64,000 nucleotides of DNA, taken from NCBI RefSeq assembly GCF_039654945.1, contig NW_027361806.1, forward strand, positions 3,844,001 through 3,908,000, written 5' to 3'. The position numbers and the translations under genes are program-made. Every line of letters begins with the position of its first letter. Within the stretch, counting starts at the first letter, position 1. This DNA is from Dendrobates tinctorius. Its lineage: Eukaryota. The notes under the pieces were generated by a model, which saw nothing but the letters and a program-made list of their open reading frames with translations, made no database searches and was not told the DNA's origin. This document shows, piece after piece, positions 9,369 to 31,600 of the stretch.

Positions 9369-10998
9369 CTCCAGAGCTGCACTCACTATTCTGCTGGTGC
9401 AGTCACTGTGTGCATACATTACTGATCCTGAGTTACATCCTGTATTATACGCCAGAGCTGCACTCACTATTCTGCTGGTGCAGTCACTGTGTACATACAT
9501 TACATTACTGATCCTGAGTTACATCCTGTATTATACGCCAGAGCTGCACTCACTATTCTGCTGGTGCAGTCACTGTGTACATACATTATATTACTGATCC
9601 AGAGTTACATCCTGTATTATACCCCAGAGCTGCACTCACTACTCTGCTGGTGCAGTCACTGTGTACATACATTACATTACTGATCCTGAGTTACATCCTG
9701 TATTATACTCTAGAGCTGCACTCACTATTCTGCTGGTGCAGTCACTGTGTACATACATTGCATTACTGATCCTGAGTTACATCCTGTATTATACTCCAGA
9801 GCTGCACTCACTATTCTGCTGGTGCAGTCACTGTGTACATACATTACATTACTGATCCTGAGTTACATCCTGTATTATACTCCAGAGCTGCACTCACTAT
9901 TCTGCTGGTGCAGTCACTGTGTACATATATTACTGATCCTGAGTTACATCCTGTATTATACTCCATAGCTGCACTCACTATTCTGCTGGTGCAGTCACTG
10001 TGTACATACATTACATTACTGATCCCGAGTTACAACCTGTATTATACCCCAGAGCTGCACTCACTATTCTGCAGGTGCAGTCACTGTGTACATACATTAC
10101 ATTACTGATCCTGAGTTACATCCTGTATTATACTCCAGAGCTGCACTCACTATTCTGCTGGTGCAGTCACTGTGTACATACATTGCATTACTGATCCTGA
10201 GTTTCATCCTGTATTATACTCCAGAGCTGCACTCACTATTCTGCTGGTGCAGTCACTGTGTACATACATTACATTACTGATCCTGAGTTACCTCCTGTAT
10301 TAAACTCCAGAGCTGCGCTCACTATTCTGCTGGTGGTATCACTGTGTACATACATTACATTACTAATCCTGAGTTACATGCTGTATTATACTCCAGAGCT
10401 GCACTCACTATTCTGCTGGTGCAGTCACGGTGTACATACATTACATTACTGATCCTGAGTTACATCCTGTATTATAATCCAGAGCTGCACTCACTATTCT
10501 GCTGGTGCAGTCACTGTGTACATACATTACCATTACTGATCCTGAGTTACATCCTGTATTATACTCCACAGCTGCACTCACTATTCTGCTGGTGCAGTCA
10601 CTGTGTACATATATTACTGATCCTGAGTTACCTCCTGTATTAAACTCCAGAGCTGCACTCACTGTGTACATACATTACATTACTGATCCTGAGTTACATC
10701 CTGTATTATACTCCAGAGCTGCACTCACTATTCTACTGGTGCAGTCACTGTGTACATATATTACTGATCCTGAGTTACATCCTGTATTATACTCCAGAGC
10801 TGCGCTCACTATTCTGCTGGTGGAGTCACTGTGTACATACATTACATTACTGATCCTGAGTTACCTCCTGTATTATACCCCAGAGCTGCACTCACTATTC
10901 TGCTGGTGCAGTCACTGTGTACATACATTACATTACTGATCCTGTACTGATCCTGAGTTACATCCTGTATTATACCCCAGAGCTGCGCTCACTATTCT
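9369..10998 (+). repeat. 86-bp satellite (CTCCAGAGCTGCACTCACTATTCTGCTGGTGCAGTCACTGTGTACATACATTACATTACTGATCCTGAGTTACATCCTGTATTATA), about 19 copies
   Basis: Direct tandem repetition; same family at 13108-13915 and 47048-47962 in the opposite orientation. Confidence 0.97.
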
Positions 10999-11412
10999 AG
11001 CTGTTATTAGAAACAGGCATCAATCTCCGCACAGAGACTAAACAAGAAAGGAATGCTGAGAGGCTTCATCTGTTTGCAGATATCACACAGGTTAAGACAC
11101 AGAATACCTACTAGAATCCCTTTAAAACAATGGCCCGAGCCACAGATGCCAAGCTGCAGGTGGCGCCCCCTCTAGGTGGGTAGAACAGACACAGGTTTAC
11201 ATTTGGTTGTTGTATTTTCTCGGATACAGTCAGAGCAATATACAAAAATAAAAATGACACAAGCACAGCCGGCGCCGGGACGTCTGCACAGGAGCCGGGT
11301 GACAGCGAAGCGTCTCTGGTGCAATTACTGGTATTAAAAGTCCATAGGGGAAAAACATAAATAAAGCACGGTTCTCCCGGCCCGGCGGACGAGCGTCACC
11401 TCTGCCGCCATC

Positions 11413-22296
<10,884 letters not shown>

Positions 22297-22425
22297 GGCT
22301 GCAGCGTTCACAAGAAATGGGGCGAAGGGGCCCCGAAAACTTCACTGTAAAGGAAGACAATGAGAATACATGTAATACATGGAAACAAAGTATCAAGGAG
22401 ACATGAAGTGCAGGGTGGAAAAGTG

Positions 22426-22953
22426 AAGGTGCCCTATACGGTGGAGGTGCCCAAGATGGTGGAGGTGCCCTACATGGTGGAGGTGTCCTACATGGTGGAG
22501 GTGCCCTATACGGTGGAGGTGCCCTACATGGTTGAGGTGCCCTACATGGTTGAGGTGCCCTAGATGGCAGAGGTGTCCTACATGGTGGAGGTGCCCTAGA
22601 GTGGAGATGTCCTAGACGGCGGAGGTGTCCTACATGGTGGAGGTGCCCTACATGGTGGAGGTGTCCTACATGGTGGAGGTGCCCTATACGGTGGAGGTGC
22701 CCTACATGGTTGAGGTGCCCTACATGGTTGAGGTGCCCTAGACGGCGGAGGTGTCCTACATGGTGGAGGTGCCCTAGAGTGGAGATGTCCTAGACGGTGG
22801 ATGTGCCCAAGATGGTGGAGATGCCCTAGACGGCGGAGGTGTCCTACATGGTGGAGGTGCCCTATACGGTGGATGTGCCCAAGATGGTGGAGATGCCCTA
22901 GACGGCGGAGGTGCCCTACATCGTAGAGGTGTATAAGATACCGGAGGTGTCCT
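22426..22953. repeat. 18-bp minisatellite (GGTGGAGGTGCCCTACAT)
   Basis: Direct tandem repetition, about 29 copies. Confidence 0.95.
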
Positions 22954-23392
22954 AAATGGGGGGAGGAAAACCTCAATTACATCCCAGTATATGGCCAGCC
23001 CTGAAACGACCGGGTCACAAGAGCTGACAATCTACATGGTCCATGTGATCACACCGTGCTCCAGGCTGTGGTGGTGACAGAAACACCCTCATATGTCACA
23101 CAAGTGTCCGGCGCTGACACTATAGGTGACTCACAGAGCTGTTTATTGATCTATATAAGGAACATGCCTGATCCAACAGTCCCCAAAATATGGTGCAGAG
23201 GGGGCAGCGAGCACATGACCCAATAACATATTCAGGATGCACCCCCCATACTGATGGGTCTGCCATGTGAGCCCCCATAAGTGCTGGCAGAGAATAAACA
23301 GTATGGCTCTATATAGGCGCATGGTATTCAAAGGTGACTGAGCGCTCACGGATCCTGTATGAGCAGTGCTATATGCTGGAGATCTATATGCT

Positions 23393-26019
23393 GGGATGAG
23401 ACTGAGCACTGCACAGATCTATAGGGGATGAGACTGAGCGCCGCACAGATCTATAGGGGATGTCACTGAGCGCTGCACAGATCTATAGGGGATGTCACTG
23501 AGCGCTGCACAGGTCTATAGGGGACGAGACTGAGCGCTGCACAGATCTATAGGGGAGGTCACTGAGCGCTGCACGGGTCTATAGGGGACGAGACTGAGCG
23601 CTGCACAGATCTATAGGGGAGGTCACTGAACGCTGCACAGATCTATAGGGGATGCCACTGAGCGCTGCACGGATCTATAGGGGAGGTCACTGAGCGCTGC
23701 ACGGATCTATAGGGGATGTCACTGAGCGCTGCACAGATCTATAGGGGATGTCACTGAGCGCTGCACAGGTCTATAGGGGACGAGACTGAGCGCTGCACAG
23801 ATCTATAGGGGAGGTCACTGAGCGCTGCACAGATCTATAGGGGATGTCACTGAGCGCTGCACAGATCTATAGGGGAGGTCACTGAGCGCTGCACAGATCT
23901 ATAGGGGATGAGACTGAGCACTGCACAGATCTATAGGGGATGACACTGAGCACTGCACAGATCTATAGGGGTTGAGACTGAACGCTGCACAGATCTATAG
24001 GGGAGGAGACTGAGCGCTGCACAGATCTATGGGGAAGTCAATGAGCACTGCACAGGTCTATAGGGGATGAGACTGAGCACTGCACAGATCTATAGGGGAT
24101 GACACTGAGCACTGCACAGATCTATAGGGGATGAGACTGAACGCTGCACAGATCTATAGGGGATGAGACTGAGCGCTGCACAGATCTATGGGGAAGTCAA
24201 TGAGCGCTGCACAGATCTATAGGGGAGGAGACTGAGCGCTGCACAGATCTATGGGGAAGTCAATGAGCACTGCACAGGTCTATAGGGGATGAGACTGAGC
24301 ACTGCACAGATCTATGGGGAAGTCAATGAGCGCTGTACAGGTCTATAGGGGATGACACAGCACTGCAAAGATCTATAGGGGATGTCACGATCTATAGGGG
24401 ATGACACTTAGCGCTGTACATGTCTATAGGGGATGTCACTGATCGCTGTACAGGTCTATAGGGGATGTCACTGAGCGCTGTACAGGTCTATAGGGGATGT
24501 CACTGAGCGCTGTACAGATCTATAGAGGATGAGACTGAGCGCTGTACAGATCTATAGGGGATGTCACTGATCGCTGTACAGGTCTATAGGGGATGTCACT
24601 GGGCGCTGCACAGATCTATAGGGGATGTCACTGAGCGCTGCACAGATCTATAGGGGATGTCACTGAGCGCTGCACATATCTATAGGGGAGGTCACTGAGC
24701 GCTGTACAGGTCTATAGGGGAGGAGACTGAGCGCTGCACAGATCTATAGGGGAGGAGACTGAGAGTTGCACAGATCTATAGGGGAGGAGACTGAGCGCTA
24801 CACAGATCTATAGGGGAGGAGACTGAGCGCTACACAGATCTATAGGGGTGGAGACTGAGCGTTACACAGATCTATAGGGGTGGAGACTGAGCGCTACACA
24901 GATCTATAGGGGAGGAGACTAAGCGCTACACAGATCTATAGGGGAGGAGACTGAGAGTTGCACAGATCTATAGGGGAGGAGACTGAGCGCTACACAGATC
25001 TATAGGGGAGGAGACTGAGCGCTACACAGATCTATAGGGGTGGAGACTGAGCGTTACACAGATCTATAGGGGTGGAGACTGAGCGCTACACAGATCTATA
25101 GGGGTGGAGACTGAGCGCTACACAGATCTATAGGGGAGGAGACTGAGCGCTGCACAGATCTATAGGGGAGGAGACTGAGCGCTGTACAGGTCTATAGGGG
25201 AGGAGACTGAGCGCTACACAGATCTATAGGGGAGGAGACTGAGCGCTACACAGATCTATAGGGGAGGAGACTGAGCGCTGTACAGGTCTATAGGGGAGGA
25301 GACTGAGCGCTGTACAGGTCTATAGGGGAGGAGACTGAGCGCTGTACAGGTCTATAGGGGATGTCACTGGGCGCTGCACAGATCTATAGGGGAGGAGACT
25401 GAGCGCTGTACAGGTCTATAGGGGAGGAGACTGAGCGCTGTACAGGTCTATAGGGGATGTCACTGGGCGCTGCACAGATCTATAGGGGAGGAGACTGAGC
25501 GCTGTACAGATCTATAGGGGATGTCACTGAGCGCTGTACAGATCTATAGGGGATGAGACTGAGCGTTGCACAGATCTATAGGGGAGGAGACTGAGCGCTG
25601 TACAGATCTATAGGGGAGGAGACTGAGCGCTGTACAGATCTATAGGGGATGTCACTGAGCGCTGTACAGATCTATAGGGGATGAGACTGAGCGTTGCACA
25701 GATCTATAGGGGAGGAGACTGAGCGCTGTACAGATCTATAGGGGAGGAGACTGAGCGCTGTACAGATCTATAGGGGAGGAGACTGAGCGCTGTACAGATC
25801 TATAGGGGAGGAGACTGATCGCTGTACAGATCTATAGGGGAGGAGACTGAGCGCTGCACAGATCTATAGGGGAGGAGACTGAGCGCTGTACAGATCTATA
25901 GGGGAGGAGACTGAGCGCTGTACAGATCTATAGGGGAGGAGACTGAGCGCTGTACAGATCTATAGGGGATGTCACTGAGCGCTGTACAGATCTATAGGGG
26001 AGGAGACTGAGCGCTGCAC
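23393..26019. repeat. 32-bp minisatellite (GGGGAGGAGACTGAGCGCTGTACAGATCTATA), about 80 copies
   Basis: Direct tandem repetition with local blocks of variants. Confidence 0.97.
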
Positions 26020-26197
26020 TGACCCCATAGGGAGGACATGCTGGATGCAGATCTGTAGTGGCTGCCATGATGCAGGACACATCCTATAGCTTCTGGACCA
26101 TACATTTCTATGGAGGGTGAGGAGGACTATATACGGGGCAGGGGCAGCCAGCACAGTGCGGGGATCACAGAACACTGCACAGCAGCACCGAGCTCAC

Positions 26198-26290
26198 CTC
26201 CGGCCCCGGAGCACCGCGCATCCCAGGAAGAAAGAACCCGGAACTACCGCTACCGTATATCACCGAGGAGACGCGCCCCCGTGCTGCAGC
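26198..26290 (-). other. HECTD3: Putative 5'UTR first exon and CpG-rich TSS region of HECTD3
   Basis: CpG-rich; strong minus-strand donor GAG|GTGAGC at 26198/26197; the coding exon has an upstream acceptor (TTGTCTTCCTTTACAG| at 22344). Confidence 0.6.
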
Positions 26291-26871
26291 GAGTGTATAG
26301 AGAGCGGGTGGTGCTGTGAGGACGCGCTCAGGTACACGCTGTGGATTGTCCTTGTATATTCTGTGCCGCCTGTGGTCTTTATTTGACCCCCTGGGATTAA
26401 TTTATTAATTTTGCCTTTAAAATAAATAATAATATGGGGACTCGGCACACTGCATCTCAACTGATAGGATTAGATACAGCAGCTCAGCATATAGTGTCAC
26501 ACTGCTTGGATACACAGACACTCACTGTTGTGGGGGACGTAATGTGGTATTTCGGTGGCGGTGTGCCCTCCACGACAGCCGCTCCGCTCATTCTCTGTGG
26601 GACGTTGTGTTCGGCTTTCTCCGGCCGTCCTCTGTAGAATGATTGGCGCCGGCGCGCTGTCGCTGGATTCTAATGGTGCCCCTACTGCTGATCAGTGCAG
26701 GGTCCCGGCGATCAGACCCCGGCCATTGTCTCCCATCCTCTCAATATTCCTCTAAAGTCTCTTTAATTCATTAGATAATTTTACTCCCGTCTTGTCGGCG
26801 CGGGATCCTCCAGGATCTGCCCGGCTGAGCGGCATATGATGACTTTCATCTGAGAACGAGTCTTCGGGTGT

Positions 26872-27862
26872 CTGTGACCGCAGAGGCCGGGGGTACCTGT
26901 GACCGCAGAGGCCGGGGGTACCTGTGACCGCAGAGGCCGGGGGTACCTGTGACCGCAGAGGCCGGGGGTACCTGTGACCGCAGAGGCCGGGGGTACCTGT
27001 GACCGCAGAGGCCGGGGGTACCTGTGACCGCAGAGGCCGGGGGTACCTGTGACCGCAGAGGCCGGGGGTACCTGTGACCGCAGAGGCCGGGGGTACCTGT
27101 GACCGCAGAGGCCGGGGGTACCTGTGACCGCAGAGGCCGGGGGTACCTGTGACCGCAGAGGCCGGGGGTACCTGTGACCGCAGAGGCCGGGGGTACCTGT
27201 GACCGCAGAGGCCGGGGGTACCTGTGACCGCAGAGGCCGGGGGTACCTGTGACCGCAGAGGCCGGGTGTACCTGTGACCGCAGAGGCCGGGGGTACCTGT
27301 GACCGCAGAGGCCGGGTGTACCTGTGACCGCAGAGGCCGGGGGTACCTGTGACCGCAGAGGCCGGGGGTACCTGTGACCGCAGAGGCCGGGGGTACCTGT
27401 GACCGCAGAGGCCGGGGGTACCTGTGACCGCAGAGGCCGGGTGTACCTGTGACCGCAGAGGCCGGGTGTACCTGTGACCGCAGAGGCCGGGTGTACCTGT
27501 GACCGCAGAGGCCGGGTGTACCTGTGACCGCAGAGGCCGGGTGTACCTGTGACCGCAGAGGCCGGGGGTACCTGTGACCGCAGAGGCCGGGGGTACCTGT
27601 GACCGCAGAGGCCGGGTGTACCTGTGACCGCAGAGGCCGGGGGTACCTGTGACCGCAGAGGCCGGGGGTACCTGTGACCGCAGAGGCCGGGGGTACCTGT
27701 GACCGCAGAGGCCGGGTGTACCTGTGACCGCAGAGGCCGGGTGTACCTGTGACCGCAGAGGCCGGGGGTACCTGTGACCGCAGAGGCCGGGGGTACCTGT
27801 GACCGCAGAGGCCGGGGGTACCTGTGACCGCAGAGGCCGGGGGTACCTGTGACCGCAGAGGC
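26872..27862. repeat. 25-bp CpG-rich minisatellite (CCTGTGACCGCAGAGGCCGGGGGTA), about 40 near-identical copies
   Basis: Only a single G/T variant position is visible. Confidence 0.98.
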
Positions 27863-28244
27863 CTGTCCTCTCCGGACTCCACTCCGCCCTGCCACTGATT
27901 CCTCTGTCCCCTCTGGACGCCTCTGTTCTCCTCTGCCCCCTACATATAAATGTGGTGACCTTTGTCGCTGGGGTCAGCCGCAGACCCTGATTCTGTATAT
28001 ACGGTGGGCCAGTGCAGTTACATTAGAGGGGTCGCTGCAGACCCCTGTGCTGTACAGAATATTCCGTGTGACGCTGGGCGCAGGCCTCCATAACCCGCGG
28101 CCTGTAGTCGGACGTGTCCACACAGCGCTGCATGTTTCCAGGGTGATTTCTGACCTGTAAGCCCCCAAACTCATTGGCCGCACTAACTATGTAGAGTGCT
28201 ATATAGTGTAAATGACACTTCACAGTCAAAAGTAAGAAGGAAAA

Positions 28245-28641
28245 ATATCTGGGACTTGTAGTCCACCAGGACTAGTGCCAATATCACTCATATACGTGAC
28301 GTCAGAGTCTGCAGCAATTCACCACATTTATTATTTCATGCGCCTTTAAGTGCGCGCATTCTATGATAAGTACGGTAAGGTCACACTGACAGCCGAGTAA
28401 CCTCTTCCGGCCCCTCTGTCCGGTTGCTTAGTAACGTTCTTTGTGTTCTCAATCCTGATTGGGCAGCGGGGAATCCTCTAACCAATAGCTGTCGTCCTTT
28501 TAATAGGGTCGGTAACGCTGAGGGGGCGTGGTTATTAGATAAGTGAACTTTACTCTATGGCTGCGCCCATGGGGAGGCGTGGACGGAGGAGGCTGAGGGT
28601 TGTAGGCACTGCACTGACATTTCCTTGCACACAGCAGCATC
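28245..28641 (+). promoter_or_regulatory. UROD proximal promoter, possibly bidirectional
   Basis: SBS/ZNF143-like CTGGGACTTGTAGTC about 28250-28264; CRE TGACGTCA 28297-28304; TGCGCGCA 28351-28358; GATA TGATAA 28364 and AGATAA 28537; ETS CTTCCGG 28404; X-box GTTGCTTAGTAAC 28423-28435; CCAAT boxes 28458 (reverse) and 28482; GC boxes near 28523 and 28571. Confidence 0.75.
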
Positions 28642-28664
28642 ATGGAGCAGCCGGAGCACCTGCT
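28642..28664 (+). CDS. UROD: UROD exon 1 (MEQPEHL...)
   Basis: ATC-ATG-G context; donor CT|GTGAGT; phase 2 matches exon 2. Confidence 0.85.
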
Positions 28665-31600
28665 GTGAGTATAACCGCGCTCTGCTGGGGGGAGGGGAGA
28701 CGCCCCTCTAAGTGCTGCAGGTTTTGGGGTCACTGTGAGCTTTAGAGGGTGTTTTGGGCTCCTGACCTGAGGTCAGCATTGTATGGCGCCATGTGTGAGG
28801 GGAGGAGGCTGAGCTCTGCGCTTCAAGTGTCACTTATAGGGAAATATTGTTTTTGTTTCCTGCAGCAGTGACCTCAGAGACTGTGCTGAGAGGGCCTGCC
28901 ACTAATATGCCGCCCCCGAGTGACAGTGCGCTCTGCACCCCTGGTATCCGAGCTTGTCAGCGCTCAGCTCCTGCAGTCGCAGGCTGAGGACGGCTGTATT
29001 ACACCGCCGGCACCTGCTCGGCTCCCTGCTGCAGCCTCGGGCCATACATTCCTGTTTTGGGGTCTCTATCAGTTTAAACCTTCCAGTCCGCGGTGCTTGT
29101 CTGTGCCCGGACCCCACTAACTGCATGTGTCAGCAGGGTGGAGCCCCTCCATATCCCCCTTTGAAGGTTTTGTCTGCAGCCTCTAGATAACAGGATCCGA
29201 CTCTAAAGCCGCAGGCGTGACACGTGAGGGCGATAAGGGGCGCGCCGCTGCTCATCCACATGGTCGAGGAGGGGGGTTCTTAGAATTTTTGCTAGTCGAT
29301 TTAGCCTTGTTACCAGTCTCCTCCATGAGGGGCTGCGGAGATGAGCAGCGTCACATTGCTTCACACCACTCGTTATAGAAGATGTAAATATAACAATGGT
29401 GGCTGCAAAGGTGGGATGTGGGGGGGCCACTGCAGGGCTGTCGGGGGCCGCTGGAGAGGTGGGATGTGGGGGGGCCGCTGCAGAGGTGGGTTGTTGGGGG
29501 GCCACTGCAGGACTGTGGGGGGCCGCTGGAGAGGTGGGATGTGGGGGGCCACTGCAGGACTGTGGGGGGCCGCTGGAGAGGTGGGATGTGGGGGGCCACT
29601 GCAGGACTGTGGGGGGCCGCTGGAGAGGTGGAATGTGGGGGGGCCACTGCAGGACTGTGGGGGGCCGCTGGGGAGGTGGGATGTGGGAGGCCACTGCAGG
29701 ACTGTGGGGGGCCGCTGGAGAGGTGGGATGTGGGGGGCCACTGCAGGACTGTGGGGGGCTGCTGAAGAGGTGGGATGTGAGGGGGCCGCTGCAGGACTGT
29801 GGGGGGCCGCTGCAGAGGTGGGTTGTTGGGGGGGCCGCTGCAGGACTGTGGGGGGCCGCTGGAGAGGTGGGATGTGGGGGGCCGCTGTGGGACTAGGGAG
29901 CCACTGCAGGACTGTGGGGATCCGCTGCAGGAGAACAGGAGCTGCACCGTCTGGTAGGTGATGGGCGCAGCCTCTCCAGGGTAATGACACTATATTATGC
30001 GCCGTTCGCTGATCAGTGATTATCATCTTTCTATCTCAGGCCCAAGGGTTTCCCAGCTCTGAAGAACGATACCTTCCTCCGTGCCGCTCGGGGAGAGGAG
30101 TGCCGCCATGTGCCGGTGTGGTGTATGCGACAGGCGGGCCGATATCTACCAGGTCGGTGGTTCTATAGAATAAGCTAATGTTCGTCTCCCTGTGATCTCG
30201 GCGGGGAGTGCTAGCATCTAGCACCACCACCCCAGTGTAAAGCTAAGGCTTCTTTTACACATGCTGGTTTTTTGCAGGCCGTATCGCCGCAATTTTTACG
30301 GTCTACCGCAATAACGGACCTCAAAAAACTTGCAGTTAGAAAAAACGTCGGTCCGCAAAACCGGAAGTGACTGTGCACCGCAAAAACAAACTTCCATTTG
30401 TTTTTGCAGCCCTATTGATTTTCAATGGGGGCCGTGAAAAAGATCGAGCAGGCTCTATCTTTTTTCACAACCGTACGGCGCACTGTGGAATTTTTGCTGG
30501 CCGATTATGTGGCCCCATAGAAATCTATTAGGGCCGCAAAAACACGATAAGTGTAAAAAAAAAAAAAAAAACCTAAGCAGCTTGGTATCACTACTGTATT
30601 TTATATTACACGGATCCTTTGGATGCAGCTCTGGAAGTAACCGGAGGATGAGAAGATGTCACCTGTCAGATGCATTTTTAAGCTTCTTTCTCCTGTTTTT
30701 TTTTTTTTTTTTTTTTAAACTAACTCTACATTTCTTATTCTTGTCTTGAATTATCTTGAGCTTTTAAACATTTTCTAAGATCTCCTGTGAGAAGATATTT
30801 TCTGTGTCTCACCCTATGACAACACTTCCGGGCGTGTGCATTTCGCAGTGCCTTGTTAGCTGCTCACTAGATTTGATCTACAGTAATGTGATCAGCAGTG
30901 ATAGACGCCGATCTGATGATTGGCTGCCGCGAGGCCCCGTAACCCTATGATATACCCCCATACCCAGCTTATGACAGCTCGCTCAGTGCTGCCTCCTGGT
31001 GGATGGACTTCATGTCATGTTTCCCTCTCTACTGGTGCAGAATTCCGGGAGACCCGCGCTGCTCAGGATTTCTTTGCTTCGTGTCGCAGTCCCGAGATTT
31101 GCTGTGAGCTGACGTTACAGGTAACGCTGGGGATGGGGCTGGGAGGGATATTGGGGGTTGTGCTCCTATTAAGCAGTAATATTATTTTCCTTTACCTTTT
31201 TATTTTGCAGCCCCTGCGCCGGTTCCCCTTGGATGCTGCGATTATCTTCTCCGATATTTTGGTGATTCCACAGGTGATCTGTTTTTCTATATTAGCCCAC
31301 TCAGAGTGTTTGCAGACATATGTGGGTAGAGATAGGTAAAAAGCTGATGCCATGACACTTCTTCCCACACAACCGGGTCATACATAAAGCAAAATCAAGT
31401 GGCCAATTCTATAAAGTCTACTTTATCAATAAGTGCAGTATGGTGCAATAATTATTTTTACCAGCAGAGGGCGGGAAACACCAAAAGACCTAATAGGAAA
31501 TTGCACCAACCTTAAATCCTCTGCAGTTCTGCACAACCCTTTAAGGGCCATACACATTCCTAGAACTTGTTTTGACTGTATTATATTCTTCCCACGGTCC

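Noticed and set aside
9346-10939. Repeated hydrophobic ORFs (MYIHYITDPELHPVLY...)
   Set aside because: Translations of the 86-bp satellite; the same applies at 13.1-13.9 kb and 47-48 kb.
11211-11216. AATACA on the minus strand as the HECTD3 poly(A) signal
   Set aside because: Only a weak variant hexamer; I found no canonical signal nearby, so the 3' end is left undefined.
26332-26780. Possible plus-strand divergent transcript (weak donor at 26332, acceptor at about 26637, short ORFs)
   Set aside because: Weak donor, no recognisable protein and no poly(A) signal; cannot be supported without RNA data.
26836-26853. C/D-box-like ATGATGA...CTGA
   Set aside because: Boxes are only a few nucleotides apart, far too short for a snoRNA.
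26752-27895. 376- and 349-aa minus-strand ORFs
   Set aside because: Products of the 25-bp VNTR; the unique ends resemble nothing I recognise.
29203-30026. Pro/Gly-rich ORFs on both strands
   Set aside because: G-rich minisatellite in UROD intron 1.
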